This document shows, in pieces, positions 63,468-64,000 of a stretch of 64,000 nucleotides of DNA. Source of the stretch: Malacoraja senta (lineage: Eukaryota); contig CM075977.1 of the NCBI GenBank assembly GCA_038087875.1, positions 233,058,001 through 233,122,000 of the forward strand, written 5' to 3'. Every line of letters begins with the position of its first letter. The first letter of the stretch is position 1. Position numbers and translations under genes: made by a program. Under the pieces are notes generated by a model. The model saw only the letters and a program-made list of their open reading frames with translations, was not told where the DNA came from and searched no databases.

Positions 63468-64000
63468 AATGTCATGAGATGTAGAGAAGCATTACATCTC
63501 ATGATTACAGCCATAGTTATACCTGCACAATAATTAGAGAGGCATTTTTCACTGAAACCAATTTTTAGCAATCAGATGTATTGATGTAAACATTCTTGGT
63601 ACATTCACCTGAACACTAATTGTAATATCCAGAAACTACAAAAACAGACCCAACGTGCTAGAGAAACTCAGCGGTCAGGCAGCCTATCTGCAGAATAGGT
63701 AATGTTTTGGGTCGGGACCCTTCTTCAGACTCAATAGTAGAATGGGTGAAAATAGGTACAATGCATTCTAACTGCGTAGCAGGATAGCAGGTATACAAAC
63801 AATAAAGGCACAAAGTTGCTGCAACATTTGTAGGTCCAATTTTTAACTGCCTGACTGCTCTCTAAGAACGTGAGCCACGGAAGAGTCCATGATAAGATGC
63901 CTGGCCTCTTTGGTTGCCAGTGAGAGGAAAATAAATTTAATTTAAATGTTCTTGTGGAGCGTGAGGGGCAGAAATATTTAAGAAAGTTGCATTCAAATAC

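Noticed and set aside
59513-64000. Further upstream FAT4 exon
   Set aside because: No cadherin-like reading frame with splice sites was found; the previous exon is presumably beyond the window

Overview
Eukaryotic, AT-rich vertebrate genomic DNA. The repeat content (HE1-like V-SINEs, CR1 LINEs, DeuSINE, Penelope fragments) points to a cartilaginous fish, probably a skate or ray; this is an inference. The whole window lies inside one gene on the minus strand, the atypical protocadherin FAT4. Nine internal coding exons can be read with GT-AG boundaries and consistent phases: 59512-59332, 49163-48913, 46689-42331 (giant 4359-bp exon), 38942-38838, 27088-26781, 15408-15323, 6558-6379, 3934-3810 and 1568-1351. 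They cover the distal cadherin repeats, EGF repeats, LamG1 and the start of LamG2; start and stop codons lie outside the window. The introns are dense in transposon relics (CR1, RTE, Rex/Babar, Tx1, Penelope, SINEs, hAT and TTAA/TAA MITEs, Helitron-like and DIRS-like pieces). The most notable observations are: (1) short, often fold-back Penelope-derived inserts with long TSDs centred on a minimal hammerhead-ribozyme motif, including one tandem hammerhead dimer; (2) a CR1 insertion that apparently captured ~115 bp of nearby FAT4 intron by a microhomology template switch; (3) a tandem 3' splice acceptor giving a +/-2 aa FAT4 isoform; (4) inverted CR1 copies bracketing the giant exon; (5) two related GC-rich non-coding retroposons with Rex-like tails. 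No prokaryotic systems or CRISPR arrays are present. All identifications were made by eye; no searches were run.
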